64,000 nt of DNA from an uncultured Verrucomicrobiae bacterium (GTDB lineage: Bacteria; Verrucomicrobiota; Verrucomicrobiia; Chthoniobacterales; UBA10450), in NCBI GenBank assembly GCA_963735805.1, contig CAVTMK010000003.1, positions 96,001-160,000 of the forward strand, read 5' to 3'. The notes beneath the pieces are model-generated. The model was not told where the DNA came from, did no database searches, and worked only from the letters and a program-made list of their open reading frames with translations. Below, in pieces: positions 48,911-58,321 of the stretch (positions are counted from its first letter, which is position 1; the number at the start of each line of letters is the position of its first letter). The translations under genes and the position numbers were made by a program.

Positions 48911-49882
48911 TCATGCTGTGAAAATTGTCAGGAAAGCGACTTCAACCGCCAGCGCTTCGTGAATATTGCGATTCAGATGATCGCGCAATTCTTCAAGACA
49001 CCGGATGCGTTTCAAAATTTCAGTCGTGGTGAATCGGCTCGCCAGCGCAGCAGTTTCTTCTCGTGCGCGAGGCAGGCTACGCTGCGTCACGGCCCTACTG
49101 GAGCGCAGAACATCAGACCACCAAGCGAATAATGTCTCTATGAGTCCCGCACGGCGTTGAAGGTAAAGACTTTCCGCACGGGCTTTATAGTATTGTTCTC
49201 GCTCGTCCAACCATGCGCCATCAGTCGCATCCCTGTAACGGGTTTCTTCCTGCTTCAACGCTTCATCCGTTTCGCGCTTAACTTCTTCACGAACTGCACG
49301 AAGCAAACCCTGGAACTCCTGAGCCAGTCGATAGGCAAACTGGATGGTCCAGCTTTGTTCGTGGGAAGCCTGTTGCAATAATCGCACCAGCCTCTTTTCT
49401 TCATCGCGCGTCTGTGGTTCAGCCTCTCGCGCGAGTGGAATGCCTATGCACCGCGAAAGAATGGTCTCCGGTAGAGCTTCGGGCAAGGCACTTAGCAGAA
49501 GCAACAAAGAATCTTTAGGTGGTTCTTCCAATGTTTTGAGGAACGCATTTGCGGCTTGAGGCTGTAGCCGATCGGCATCGGAAATGATTGCGACTTTGCG
49601 TCGTCCATTTGACGCGCGCATTTGCAACGCATGCTCAAGATCGCGAATCTGCTCAATAACAATACGCCGCGATTTCGACTCCGGTCGGGCGACGAAAATT
49701 TCCCGGGCTTTCTGGGAAAAAACGTCACCAGCAGCCGTGCCATTAACGAGACTGGCCAGATCCGCAGCAAGTTGCTGCTTCCCGCTGCCTGACGGTCCTG
49801 AAATCAAATAGGCATGCGCCAGTCGATTCTGTTCGTGGGCGCGACGCAAATAGTCGAGCGCCGTTGTACGCGAGAAAGGCAT
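48911..49882 (-). CDS. holB: DNA polymerase III delta' subunit
   Basis: HAYLISGPSGSGK, IEQIR, ANAFLKTLEEPP, TILSRC; follows tmk. Confidence 0.92.
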   Translation of the reverse strand: MPFSRTTALDYLRRAHEQNRLAHAYLISGPSGSGKQQLAADLASLVNGTAAGDVFSQKAREIFVARPESKSRRIVIEQIRDLEHALQMRASNGRRKVAIISDADRLQPQAANAFLKTLEEPPKDSLLLLLSALPEALPETILSRCIGIPLAREAEPQTRDEEKRLVRLLQQASHEQSWTIQFAYRLAQEFQGLLRAVREEVKRETDEALKQEETRYRDATDGAWLDEREQYYKARAESLYLQRRAGLIETLFAWWSDVLRSSRAVTQRSLPRAREETAALASRFTTTEILKRIRCLEELRDHLNRNIHEALAVEVAFLTIFTA

Positions 49883-49883
49883 G

Positions 49884-50555
49884 TTACGATTCCGGATGGC
49901 GCACTGCGGATTGTGGATTTGTGCCTAACGCCGGAAAACGATCGGCGAGTATCGCTCCGATCGCGTTCTCTATCTCCTCTTCACCACGCGAGCCATCGAC
50001 TAACACAACGCGATTTGGTTCTCGCGCAGCGAGTTCGCGATATGCTTTCCGAACGCGCTCGTAAAAGTCGGCTGGCTCCTGTTCCATTCGATCTCGCCGG
50101 CGCGGTTTCTGCATTCGTGCTTTCGCGCTGGCCGCATCGATATCCAGAACAAAAGTAACGTCCGGAATGCAATCATCGACGGCAAATGCATTCAAACGAT
50201 CAACCATCTCACGATCTAACCTTCGTGCCGCACCCTGGTAAACTGTTGTGGAATCAAAGAAACGATCCGCGATGACGCACACGCCACGTTCAAGCGCCGG
50301 TTTGATGATCTCGCGCACGAGCTGGCTGCGACTCGCTTCAAACAAAAGCAGCTCCGTTTCTGGTGTCATACCGGAATTGTGCGACGCAAATTGCAGAAGC
50401 TCGCGAATCGTTTCGCCAATTGGCGTGCCGCCCGGTTCGCGCGTGACCAGATATGGCATGCCAAAACGCTCGAGTCGCGCGGCCAATCTCTGCACCTGCG
50501 TCGATTTTCCGCTACCTTCTGATCCTTCGAACGTGATGAATGGCGCCCCCGGCAT
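49884..50555 (-). CDS. tmk: Thymidylate kinase
   Basis: FITFEGSEGSGKST, TREPGG, DRFFDSTTVYQG, DRME. Confidence 0.95.
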   Translation of the reverse strand: MPGAPFITFEGSEGSGKSTQVQRLAARLERFGMPYLVTREPGGTPIGETIRELLQFASHNSGMTPETELLLFEASRSQLVREIIKPALERGVCVIADRFFDSTTVYQGAARRLDREMVDRLNAFAVDDCIPDVTFVLDIDAASAKARMQKPRRRDRMEQEPADFYERVRKAYRELAAREPNRVVLVDGSRGEEEIENAIGAILADRFPALGTNPQSAVRHPES

Positions 50556-50590
50556 AATGTCGATTGTGAAACAAGCATCTGAAATTGTCG

Positions 50591-50748
50591 AATGCGCAGG
50601 ATGGCGTCGCTGCCTTGTGAAGGGAGTGATTCGAACTTCCAACCCTGCCCGTGAACGAAGCTGCGACCCCTTGCGATCCCGAGCCCCAAAGGTTTCAGGG
50701 CGAAGGATCTCATACGGTCCCCCGGAGCACGCAGGCGCATTTGTGCGA
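50591..50748 (+). ncRNA. Possible structured RNA (6S-like rod) or degenerate REP element
   Basis: Ends and inner segments can pair with G-U pairs on the + strand. It cannot be distinguished by eye from a GTCA-type repeat. Confidence 0.25.
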
Positions 50749-50770
50749 TCAAGCTATGCTACGTTGCCGT

Positions 50771-51184
50771 ATGAAAAATTTTTGGTTGGTGAAACAGGAA
50801 CCATCCTCGTATTCGTGGTCGGACTTTGTCGAGGAAGGCCAAACCAGCTGGACCGGCGTCCGTAATTACGCTGCCCGCAATAATTTACGCAGAATGCAGA
50901 AGGGCGATGAAGTCCTGTTCTATCACAGTGGTGAGGACAAAGCTGTGGTCGGTATCGCCAAAGTGACGCGCACCGCGTATCGAGATTCGACGGCAAAGGA
51001 AGGCGATTGGTCCACGGTCGATTTGGCTCCAGTGAAAGCGCTTAGCCGGCCAGTTACACTCGGCGAAATCAAAAGCCAACGACGGCTAAAAGCAATTCCG
51101 TTGGTTAGGCAGTTCCGTTTGTCAGTTATGCCATTAGGGGAATCGGAATTTCGCGAAATCGTGAACATGGCCGCGGAACGTTAA
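50771..51184 (+). CDS. EVE domain protein
   Basis: WLVKQEP, WTGVRNYAARN, GDEVLFYHS, RLSVMP. Confidence 0.92.
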   Translation: MKNFWLVKQEPSSYSWSDFVEEGQTSWTGVRNYAARNNLRRMQKGDEVLFYHSGEDKAVVGIAKVTRTAYRDSTAKEGDWSTVDLAPVKALSRPVTLGEIKSQRRLKAIPLVRQFRLSVMPLGESEFREIVNMAAER

Positions 51185-51292
51185 ATTGTTGAAAACCGTT
51201 AACCAGGCTTGGTCGCAACCATGCAGCGTTCTAACGAATCAGGTCATTGATTTTACCTTGTTCAAAGCTATGTCGAGGCCGAAAATTCCCGA

Positions 51293-52102
51293 ATGAGTAC
51301 GATTGCGGCAACGGAGTTCCTCCCCCTGGTCGCAACCGCCGCTGCTACCAGAGGTTTTATGGTCGTCTCTCTGCACGATGTAGCCCCTTCCAGTCAACAG
51401 ATCGCAGACACAATCATCTCAGAACTGGCCCGGCGCGGGGTGGGCGTGTGTTCTCTTCTTGTCGTCCCGGATTATCATCACGAGGGACTGTTCACAAAGA
51501 ACCAGCAATTTGTGTCCTGGCTACGGGCCTTGGAAGCGGACGGGCATGAAATCGTCATCCACGGCTATTTTCACGAACGCCCTAGCAGCGCGAAAGAGAG
51601 TTTGTACGACAAGTTCTTCACGCGGTTTTATACGCAACAGGAGGGGGAATTTTACGACCTGAACTATGAGGAGGCACTCCGTCGAATTACAACAGCGCAA
51701 GAGGAATTTCGCGCCAGCGGTCTCAAGCCGCGAGGTTTTGTGGCGCCGGCTTGGCTGCTCAACAAGAATGCTGAGCGCGCCGCACGCGATGCAGGACTCG
51801 AATACACGACACGGTTACATAAGGTGTGCGATCTCCGAGCGGGCGGTGAGTTCGCTGCGCGATCAATCGTTTACAGTGTTCGAAAGAACTGGCGACGCGG
51901 AATTAGCCAAATCTGCAACGCGACCCTTTTTCGATATCTAGAAGGAAAGTCACTTTTGCGCATTAGCCTTCATCCACCCGATTATTCTCACCCGCCGATC
52001 TGGAGACAGGTCACCGGGATGATTGAGAAGGGGATCGGGTCACGGACGGCGACGACCTACCAAGACTGGATCACGCAACAAAGACTGAGACGAGGGAACT
52101 AA
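51293..52102 (+). CDS. DUF2334/polysaccharide deacetylase-like protein
   Basis: VSLHDVAP, LLVVP.YH, HGYFH, EGEF, GFVAPAW, LHP.D. Confidence 0.82.
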   Translation: MSTIAATEFLPLVATAAATRGFMVVSLHDVAPSSQQIADTIISELARRGVGVCSLLVVPDYHHEGLFTKNQQFVSWLRALEADGHEIVIHGYFHERPSSAKESLYDKFFTRFYTQQEGEFYDLNYEEALRRITTAQEEFRASGLKPRGFVAPAWLLNKNAERAARDAGLEYTTRLHKVCDLRAGGEFAARSIVYSVRKNWRRGISQICNATLFRYLEGKSLLRISLHPPDYSHPPIWRQVTGMIEKGIGSRTATTYQDWITQQRLRRGN

Positions 52103-52104
52103 AT

Positions 52105-54507
52105 GTGAGCCGGTGTGATCTTCATATTCATTCGCGCTACAGCGCGCGCTCCGAAGAATGGCTCTTCCGCCGTTTCGATTTTCCCGACAGCTATACTGAT
52201 CCGAGGCACCTGTATGAAAAACTGGTCGAGCGCGGAATGGACTACATCACCATTACCGACCACGATTCGATCGAGGGCTGTTTACAGATCATTGACCGGC
52301 CTCGCACATTTATCAGCGAGCAAGTCACGACCTATTTTCCCAACGACGCCTGCAAACTGCACATTCTTGTCTGGGATATTTCAGAGAACCAGCACCGTGA
52401 AATCAATGCGGCGCGCAATAACATTTTTGAGCTACAGGGCTACCTGCAGGCTGGAGGCATCGCGCATGCGGTCGCGCATCCTCTTTACAGCATTAACGGG
52501 AAACTCAATTCCCGTCATCTCGAGTTGCTCATACTTCTTTTCAAACATTTTGAAGGCATCAACGGTTTGCGCGATGCGCTTCTAAGCGATCTGGCCCAGA
52601 CACTGTTCAAGCAACTGACGCCGGAAAAAATCGAAGCGCTTGCAAATCGCCATAATTTGGCGCCGACACACGCAGAGCCATGGAAAAAGATTCTTGTCGG
52701 CGGTTCGGATGATCACGGCGGGCAATTCGCTGCTTCGGCCTTTACGGAAACCCCTGCGGCGGAATCGGCGGGAGAGTTTCTCAAGCATGTCCGTAAAGGC
52801 GACTGCAGCGCACAAGGTCACGGGGGCACACCTCTGGTTCTTTCGCACGGTTTCTACAATACGGTCGCCTGTTTCATTCAGGATCGTTTCAATGAAAAAC
52901 TCGGGCCGGGCGCCGCGCTGCTGGAGAAAATGTTTTCGCGGTTCATGGAAGGCCGCGCGCCGACTGAATTTACTCTCAAAGAAAAAATGGAATTCATCGT
53001 GCAGGGCGTCTTGTCCGGAAAAATTTTCGAATTTGTTAAGCCCGCGAACATGTCGCTGTGGAAAGAACTTTCAGGTTATTTCGCTCGACCTGAAGTAAAA
53101 GCGAAACTGGCAGCGCAGTTAAATGGGGTCAGCGAACCGGAGCGCCGCACGTTTCTCATGGCCAACATGGTGGCCGAGCAGCTCACTTTTCGGTTTTTCC
53201 AGAAATTCGTTCAGCAAATCGGCAGCGGCAACATGGTCGAGAGCATGCAAGCTCTTAGCGCGATTGCGCCGATCCTGGTGATTCTTACGCCCTATATATA
53301 TGGGTTTCATAGTCAGGCGCCCTCTCGGAAATGGCTGCGGTCTATCTTTTTGGAATTGACCGCGGAAATTCCCGTTGCGTTGCAAAATCGCAAGCGCGCG
53401 TGGTTCACTGATACTCTGGAAGACGTTAACGGGGTAGCTACGACCATCCGCAGGATGACCGCAGCCGGAGCCGCAGCCAGCGAGGAATTGACTGTAGTAA
53501 CTTCCCGCGGCAATCCGCAAACCTGTGATATTCCGCTCAAAAACTTCCCGCCGATTGGCGAATTCGAGCTGCCCGAATACGAACTTCAAAAACTGAGTTT
53601 CCCGCCAGTCCTCCAGATGCTCGATTACATTCAGCGGGAAAAATTTACTGAGATTATTATCAGCACACCGGGACCGATCGGGCTTACCGCGCTGCTCGCA
53701 GCCAAAATGCTCAATCTCCAAACGAGCGGCATTTATCATACTGACTTCCCGCAATACGTCCGGATCCTCACTGAGGACAGCTTTCTGGAAAGCGTGGCGT
53801 GGCGTTACATGCATTGGTTCTATGGTCAACTCGATACCGTCTTTGTTAACTCTGAAGAATATCGGCAAAGCTGGATCAAGCGTGGCTTCGACTCCGCGAA
53901 ATTGAGAATTCTTCCACGCGGCCTCGACACCGAACTCTTTTCGCCGGCGCGGCGCTCGCCGGCGTTCTGGGAAAAATTTACTGCTGTCAACGGTCGTATC
54001 CGTCTGCTCTATGTTGGCCGGATATCCCGGGAGAAAGATCTCGATATTTTGGCAGACGCCTATCGCCAATTGCGCCATGACGGTGTTCCCGTGCAGCTTT
54101 TTGTTGTTGGTCACGGCCCCTACTCCGAGAAGTTCGCCCGCTCCTTGCCGGAGGCAGTTTTTACCGGCTACCTTACAGGCAAGGAATTGGCGACCGCTTA
54201 CGCGTCGGCTGATATTTTTGTCTTCCCGAGCACGACCGACACGTTCGGCAATGTCATCCTTGAAGCGCAGGCCTCCGGCGTGCCGGTCATTGTTTCCGAT
54301 TCTGGCGGGCCAAAAGAATTGGTCGAAGACAGAACGAACGGTTTGATCACTCGATCACGCGATGTGGATGATTTCATGCGGGCGATCAAGTCATTGGTTG
54401 CAGATGCACCGCTGCGAGAACGCATGGGGACTGCGGCCAGAAAAAGCGTCATCGACCGAAGCTGGCCAAACGCGTTCCGTAAATTCTGGGCTACGACTGA
54501 TATCTAA
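52105..54507 (+). CDS. PHP phosphoesterase - GT4 glycosyltransferase fusion
   Basis: N-terminus DLHIHS, TDHD, AHP, GGSDDH. C-terminus TPGPIG, YHTDFPQY, YVGRISREK, FPSTTDTFGNVILEAQASG. Confidence 0.88.
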   Translation: MSRCDLHIHSRYSARSEEWLFRRFDFPDSYTDPRHLYEKLVERGMDYITITDHDSIEGCLQIIDRPRTFISEQVTTYFPNDACKLHILVWDISENQHREINAARNNIFELQGYLQAGGIAHAVAHPLYSINGKLNSRHLELLILLFKHFEGINGLRDALLSDLAQTLFKQLTPEKIEALANRHNLAPTHAEPWKKILVGGSDDHGGQFAASAFTETPAAESAGEFLKHVRKGDCSAQGHGGTPLVLSHGFYNTVACFIQDRFNEKLGPGAALLEKMFSRFMEGRAPTEFTLKEKMEFIVQGVLSGKIFEFVKPANMSLWKELSGYFARPEVKAKLAAQLNGVSEPERRTFLMANMVAEQLTFRFFQKFVQQIGSGNMVESMQALSAIAPILVILTPYIYGFHSQAPSRKWLRSIFLELTAEIPVALQNRKRAWFTDTLEDVNGVATTIRRMTAAGAAASEELTVVTSRGNPQTCDIPLKNFPPIGEFELPEYELQKLSFPPVLQMLDYIQREKFTEIIISTPGPIGLTALLAAKMLNLQTSGIYHTDFPQYVRILTEDSFLESVAWRYMHWFYGQLDTVFVNSEEYRQSWIKRGFDSAKLRILPRGLDTELFSPARRSPAFWEKFTAVNGRIRLLYVGRISREKDLDILADAYRQLRHDGVPVQLFVVGHGPYSEKFARSLPEAVFTGYLTGKELATAYASADIFVFPSTTDTFGNVILEAQASGVPVIVSDSGGPKELVEDRTNGLITRSRDVDDFMRAIKSLVADAPLRERMGTAARKSVIDRSWPNAFRKFWATTDI

Positions 54508-54656
54508 CAGCCGCTCTTGAAAGATAAAAGTCACAGCCACAGAACAGGATTTGGCTGCTATCTGGGAAACCAATAAATTGCTCTTCATTTCGGGGCGGAT
54601 TCAAGTTTTTGAAATTCTTTCTGGCCTGTTTAGCGGGTCGCTATCAATCTGCGTAG

Positions 54657-55121
54657 ATGATAAAAACCAAACTCTTCACAATCGCCGCACTGTTCTTCTG
54701 TCTTGGTGTTGTTTCCTTCGCGCAATCAAACGGCACAGCCGCGAAAGGCAGCAACGCACCTTACAATGAAGGCCCGGTGTGGACCGTGACGATGATTAAG
54801 ACCAAAACCGGTTTGGGGGATGATTATCTCAAGCAGATCACTGGAACTGTGAAGCCTGTTTACGACGAAGAGAAAAAACAAAACGTCATCCTCGACTACA
54901 AAATCCTGAATGGCGAAGCATCCGGCCCAGAGGATTTTAACATCCTGATCCTGGTTGAATATCCTAACTGGGCAGCATTCGACAATCTGAGGGACAAGAT
55001 GGACCCAATTGTTGAGAAGGTAATGGGCACCGAAGAGCAACGCCGGACCACGGCTGTAAAACGCCTCGACATCCGCGAAATCCTCGGCACAAAAACCATG
55101 CGCGAGATTACTCTCAAGTAA
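54657..55121 (+). CDS. Hypothetical secreted protein
   Basis: Signal peptide ending SFA; 154 aa; no recognised family. Confidence 0.75.
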   Translation: MIKTKLFTIAALFFCLGVVSFAQSNGTAAKGSNAPYNEGPVWTVTMIKTKTGLGDDYLKQITGTVKPVYDEEKKQNVILDYKILNGEASGPEDFNILILVEYPNWAAFDNLRDKMDPIVEKVMGTEEQRRTTAVKRLDIREILGTKTMREITLK

Positions 55122-55158
55122 TCCGTTGTCGCAATTGCTGCTTCGGTTAGCGATTTTC

Positions 55159-55698
55159 TTAGCGGCCACGCCCACCGTGACCCATGCCGCCCATGCCATG
55201 GCCCATACCGCCCATCGCATGCATGCTATGGAACCCGGTGTGGGCAGATCTGAAACTCGAGTTATGACTCATAGTGCGTGACGTAGTCATTCTATTACTG
55301 TGACCACGATTAGTCTTGGTCGCGCTTCTCCCATGAACGCTGCTGCTCTTGCCATAGACGGTTTGCGTGTTCCGCGCATGCGACGCTGCCTGACTTGAGC
55401 GATTCGCGTTGCTGACCAGGCTGCCGAGATTCAGGCCGTTATTGTGCGCAATTTTTCCCCAGCCTTGCCCCGACCGGTGCAGTGCGACGATGTCGTCGAA
55501 GCTCTGTCCCGTGGCGTTAGACAGCAAGTGGGCTTTCTCTATCCCACCCCAGCCAAGTCCGGTTGACGCTCGCTCCGACTGCAACGTTTCAACGGGAACT
55601 CCAGTTGCAGCTGAAATTCTATCCAGATTCGCCGCACGCGATGGAACGGTGCCGACGAGCAGAATGAATATCGCTGTGATTGAACCTAGTGTTTTCAT
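55159..55698 (-). CDS. Hypothetical secreted protein with G/M/H-rich tail
   Basis: The sequence has CAT at 55696-98 and TTA at 55159-61, so the gene is on the minus strand although the ORF track labels it +. Two GWG motifs (GLGWGGI, GQGWGKIA). Confidence 0.75.
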   Translation of the reverse strand: MKTLGSITAIFILLVGTVPSRAANLDRISAATGVPVETLQSERASTGLGWGGIEKAHLLSNATGQSFDDIVALHRSGQGWGKIAHNNGLNLGSLVSNANRSSQAASHARNTQTVYGKSSSVHGRSATKTNRGHSNRMTTSRTMSHNSSFRSAHTGFHSMHAMGGMGHGMGGMGHGGRGR

Positions 55699-55832
55699 AC
55701 ATAGTTAACTCCCTCTTATGAATTAAGGTTTCGATTTTGCTGACGCTGCCGGTCCCAACGTTGGCGAAATTTCGAGACCAGCCGGCCGGTCCTCAGACCT
55801 CTCGCGTTCGGACTACTCGCCGCCTATTTGCA

Positions 55833-56810
55833 TTATGGCGGCCTACTAGTGATTGCCCACGGCAAAGCATCGAGATCGACATTGCCTCCGCTGAGAATGA
55901 TTCCAACCCGCTTCTCGGGCATGTCGATCCTTCCTTCCTGAATCGCGGCGTACGGAACAGCCGCTGATGGCTCAACAATGATCTTCATCGTCTCCCAAAT
56001 CGTACGCATCGCCGAGATAATCGCGTCCTCGCTGACGGTCACAATGTCTTCCACGTAACGCTTGATGATCGCAAAGTTTGGTTCACCGACATTTGTTCGT
56101 AGTCCGTCGGCGATGGTGAATTTTTTTTCAGTGCGGACTACTCGTCCAGCGCGAAATGATTGTGCTGCGTCGTCCGCATTCTTCGGCTCGGCTGCAATCA
56201 CTTTGATATTCGGTCGCGTCGATTTTGCAGCGACGGCTGTGCCGGCCAGCAATCCCCCTCCGCCGACGGGACACATCACAAGATCGAGGTCGGCAATGTC
56301 TTCGATCAACTCCAAAGCCGCCGTCCCCTGCCCTGCTATCACATCTGGATTTTCGAATGAATGAATCAATGTTGCACCCGTCTCAGCGATCACAGCCGCG
56401 CATACGCTCTCGCGAGCTTGCTCTGTAGGCTCACAAAGAACAACGCGCGCTCCGTAGCTCTCTACGGCACGAATCTTCACCTTCGCTGAGTTTGATGGCA
56501 TTACGATATGCGCAGGAATGCTGCGCAGCTTCGCGGCTCGAGCCACAGCCGCCCCGTGGTTTCCGGACGAATGTGTTGCCACACCGCGCCTCGCGGTGGC
56601 GTCGTCGAGCGAAAAGACGGCATTTGTCGCGCCGCGCGCTTTGAATGCACCAATCTTCTGAAAATTTTCGCACTTAAAGAAAAACGAAGCGCCGCTCGCC
56701 TCATCCAGACGCGAACTTGTCAGCACGGGTGTGCGATGAATATGCGGCCGAATCCGCTCGTGCGCGGCAAGGATAGCCGGGAGGTCGACTGTGATATCTA
56801 ACTTCACCAT
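55833..56810 (-). CDS. PLP-dependent serine/threonine dehydratase (serine racemase-like)
   Basis: KCENFQKIGAFKARGA, SSGNH, PVGGGGL, EPSAA, SGGN. Confidence 0.92.
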   Translation of the reverse strand: MVKLDITVDLPAILAAHERIRPHIHRTPVLTSSRLDEASGASFFFKCENFQKIGAFKARGATNAVFSLDDATARRGVATHSSGNHGAAVARAAKLRSIPAHIVMPSNSAKVKIRAVESYGARVVLCEPTEQARESVCAAVIAETGATLIHSFENPDVIAGQGTAALELIEDIADLDLVMCPVGGGGLLAGTAVAAKSTRPNIKVIAAEPKNADDAAQSFRAGRVVRTEKKFTIADGLRTNVGEPNFAIIKRYVEDIVTVSEDAIISAMRTIWETMKIIVEPSAAVPYAAIQEGRIDMPEKRVGIILSGGNVDLDALPWAITSRPP

Positions 56811-56983
56811 CCGAAAAAGGCGTCGATAACACCAAATGTGTCAATAAATCCGTGAGCCAAAATGCATGCCCAAAGATTTCGATCTACCACCATGTAGGCC
56901 GTTCCCACGACCTAAGTGCTCTTCACATCGGATGTATGGAGCGCAAAAAATAGATTCCAGAATTCGTGGGCCGTATGCGCCTT

Positions 56984-58204
56984 TTAAAACGCACTCGGAC
57001 TCCGGATATGTTCAGGGCGTGGTCCGAGTCCGATAAAACGTGCGGGTAATTGCCTCAGGATCGGAAACCATTTCAGCAAACGGAGAAAAAATGGAAGGGA
57101 CTCATTCTTCTCATCCGACGTCTGACCAGTGACGACTCGACGATGAATAAAAATCTGCATCCCCTGAATCATGCGGGTTGGCCACTCGCGGCGCGTTTGC
57201 ACTTTTCGCAAGTCACCAATCTGAACCGGACCACGCCGCAGCTTCTCCGCGAGCAGGTTCGCAGTCGCGACCGCATCCTGAATTGCGAGATTAATTCCAA
57301 CACCGCCGGCTGGTGACATGGCGTGCGCGGAATCACCGATGCAAAGGAGTCCTTCACAGCACCAGTCATTCAGGCGATTCACCTGGACGGTTAGTAACTT
57401 GATCTTCGACCAATCGTCCAGCTCAGTCACGCGATCGTGAAGGAAAGGAGCGAAGCTAGCGATGTCGTTTTGAAATTGCGCCAAACCGCGCTCTTTGATC
57501 CGGTCGAAGCCGCCTTTGGGAATTACAAACCCACATTGCCAGTAATCGCCGCGGTCGAGTAACACCAGGAGCTTGCCGTGTTGAAAAAAACCGAGTGTTT
57601 GTTCCGGATCGCCCCGTTTCTTGGAAATCCGCATCCAAAGCGCGTCAATCGGTACGCCGAAGTCCCGCTGCTTCAAACCGGCACGTGTGTGAATGATCGA
57701 ATGCCGTCCATCCGCACCGATAACCAGGTTTGCACGGACCTCCAGTTCGCCCCAAGGTGTCCTTGCACGCACACCGACCACACGCGAATCTTGCATCAAC
57801 AAGTCGACGGCTTCCGTTTCCATATGCAATTGGAAGGTTGGAAATCGTTTGGCGTGACTCGAGAGAAAATTCAGAAAGTCCCACTGCGGCATGAACGCGA
57901 TGAATTTGCAGTGAGTGGGAAGTTTTGTGAAATCGGCGACCGGCACAGGGTGACCGTTAACCACAGCGCGCAATTGTCGTACTTCCTGGTGTGGTTCTTT
58001 TAGGAACTCCTCGAGCAAACCTAGCTCGTACATGAGTTCCAAGGTTGAAGGATGAATGGTGTCACCTCGGAAATCGCGGTTGAAATCCGCGTGCTTTTCC
58101 AAGACAACAGTTTCCACGCCTGCTCGCGCAAGCAAATAACCAGCCATCATTCCCGCCGGTCCGCCACCGACAATTACACAGCGTGTTTCGAGTACTCCGG
58201 TCAT
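56984..58204 (-). CDS. FAD-dependent monooxygenase/oxidoreductase
   Basis: GGGPAG, RDFRGDT, GADG, GDSAHAMSPAGGVGINLAIQDA. Confidence 0.92.
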   Translation of the reverse strand: MTGVLETRCVIVGGGPAGMMAGYLLARAGVETVVLEKHADFNRDFRGDTIHPSTLELMYELGLLEEFLKEPHQEVRQLRAVVNGHPVPVADFTKLPTHCKFIAFMPQWDFLNFLSSHAKRFPTFQLHMETEAVDLLMQDSRVVGVRARTPWGELEVRANLVIGADGRHSIIHTRAGLKQRDFGVPIDALWMRISKKRGDPEQTLGFFQHGKLLVLLDRGDYWQCGFVIPKGGFDRIKERGLAQFQNDIASFAPFLHDRVTELDDWSKIKLLTVQVNRLNDWCCEGLLCIGDSAHAMSPAGGVGINLAIQDAVATANLLAEKLRRGPVQIGDLRKVQTRREWPTRMIQGMQIFIHRRVVTGQTSDEKNESLPFFLRLLKWFPILRQLPARFIGLGPRPEHIRSPSAF

Positions 58205-58321
58205 TGTGATGCCGTTTGGGTTTTAATGCTGGAGGATTCGCCTGCTCTTTCGCAAACGAAGACGATATCTTTTCGTGCGTTCCTTGCTTCGCTCATGTGC
58301 ACCCGCATGTTCTTAACAGTA

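Noticed and set aside
53119..54114. Long antisense ORFs (also 6566-7423, 17662-18546, 36617-37441)
   Set aside because: These are shadows of well-supported genes on the opposite strand and contain no motifs.
58052..58321. N-terminal ORF extensions (treZ here; similar for coxB, thrA, tmk, EVE, S74 protein)
   Set aside because: They overlap neighbours or intergenic repeats and precede the recognisable N-terminus, so downstream starts were chosen.
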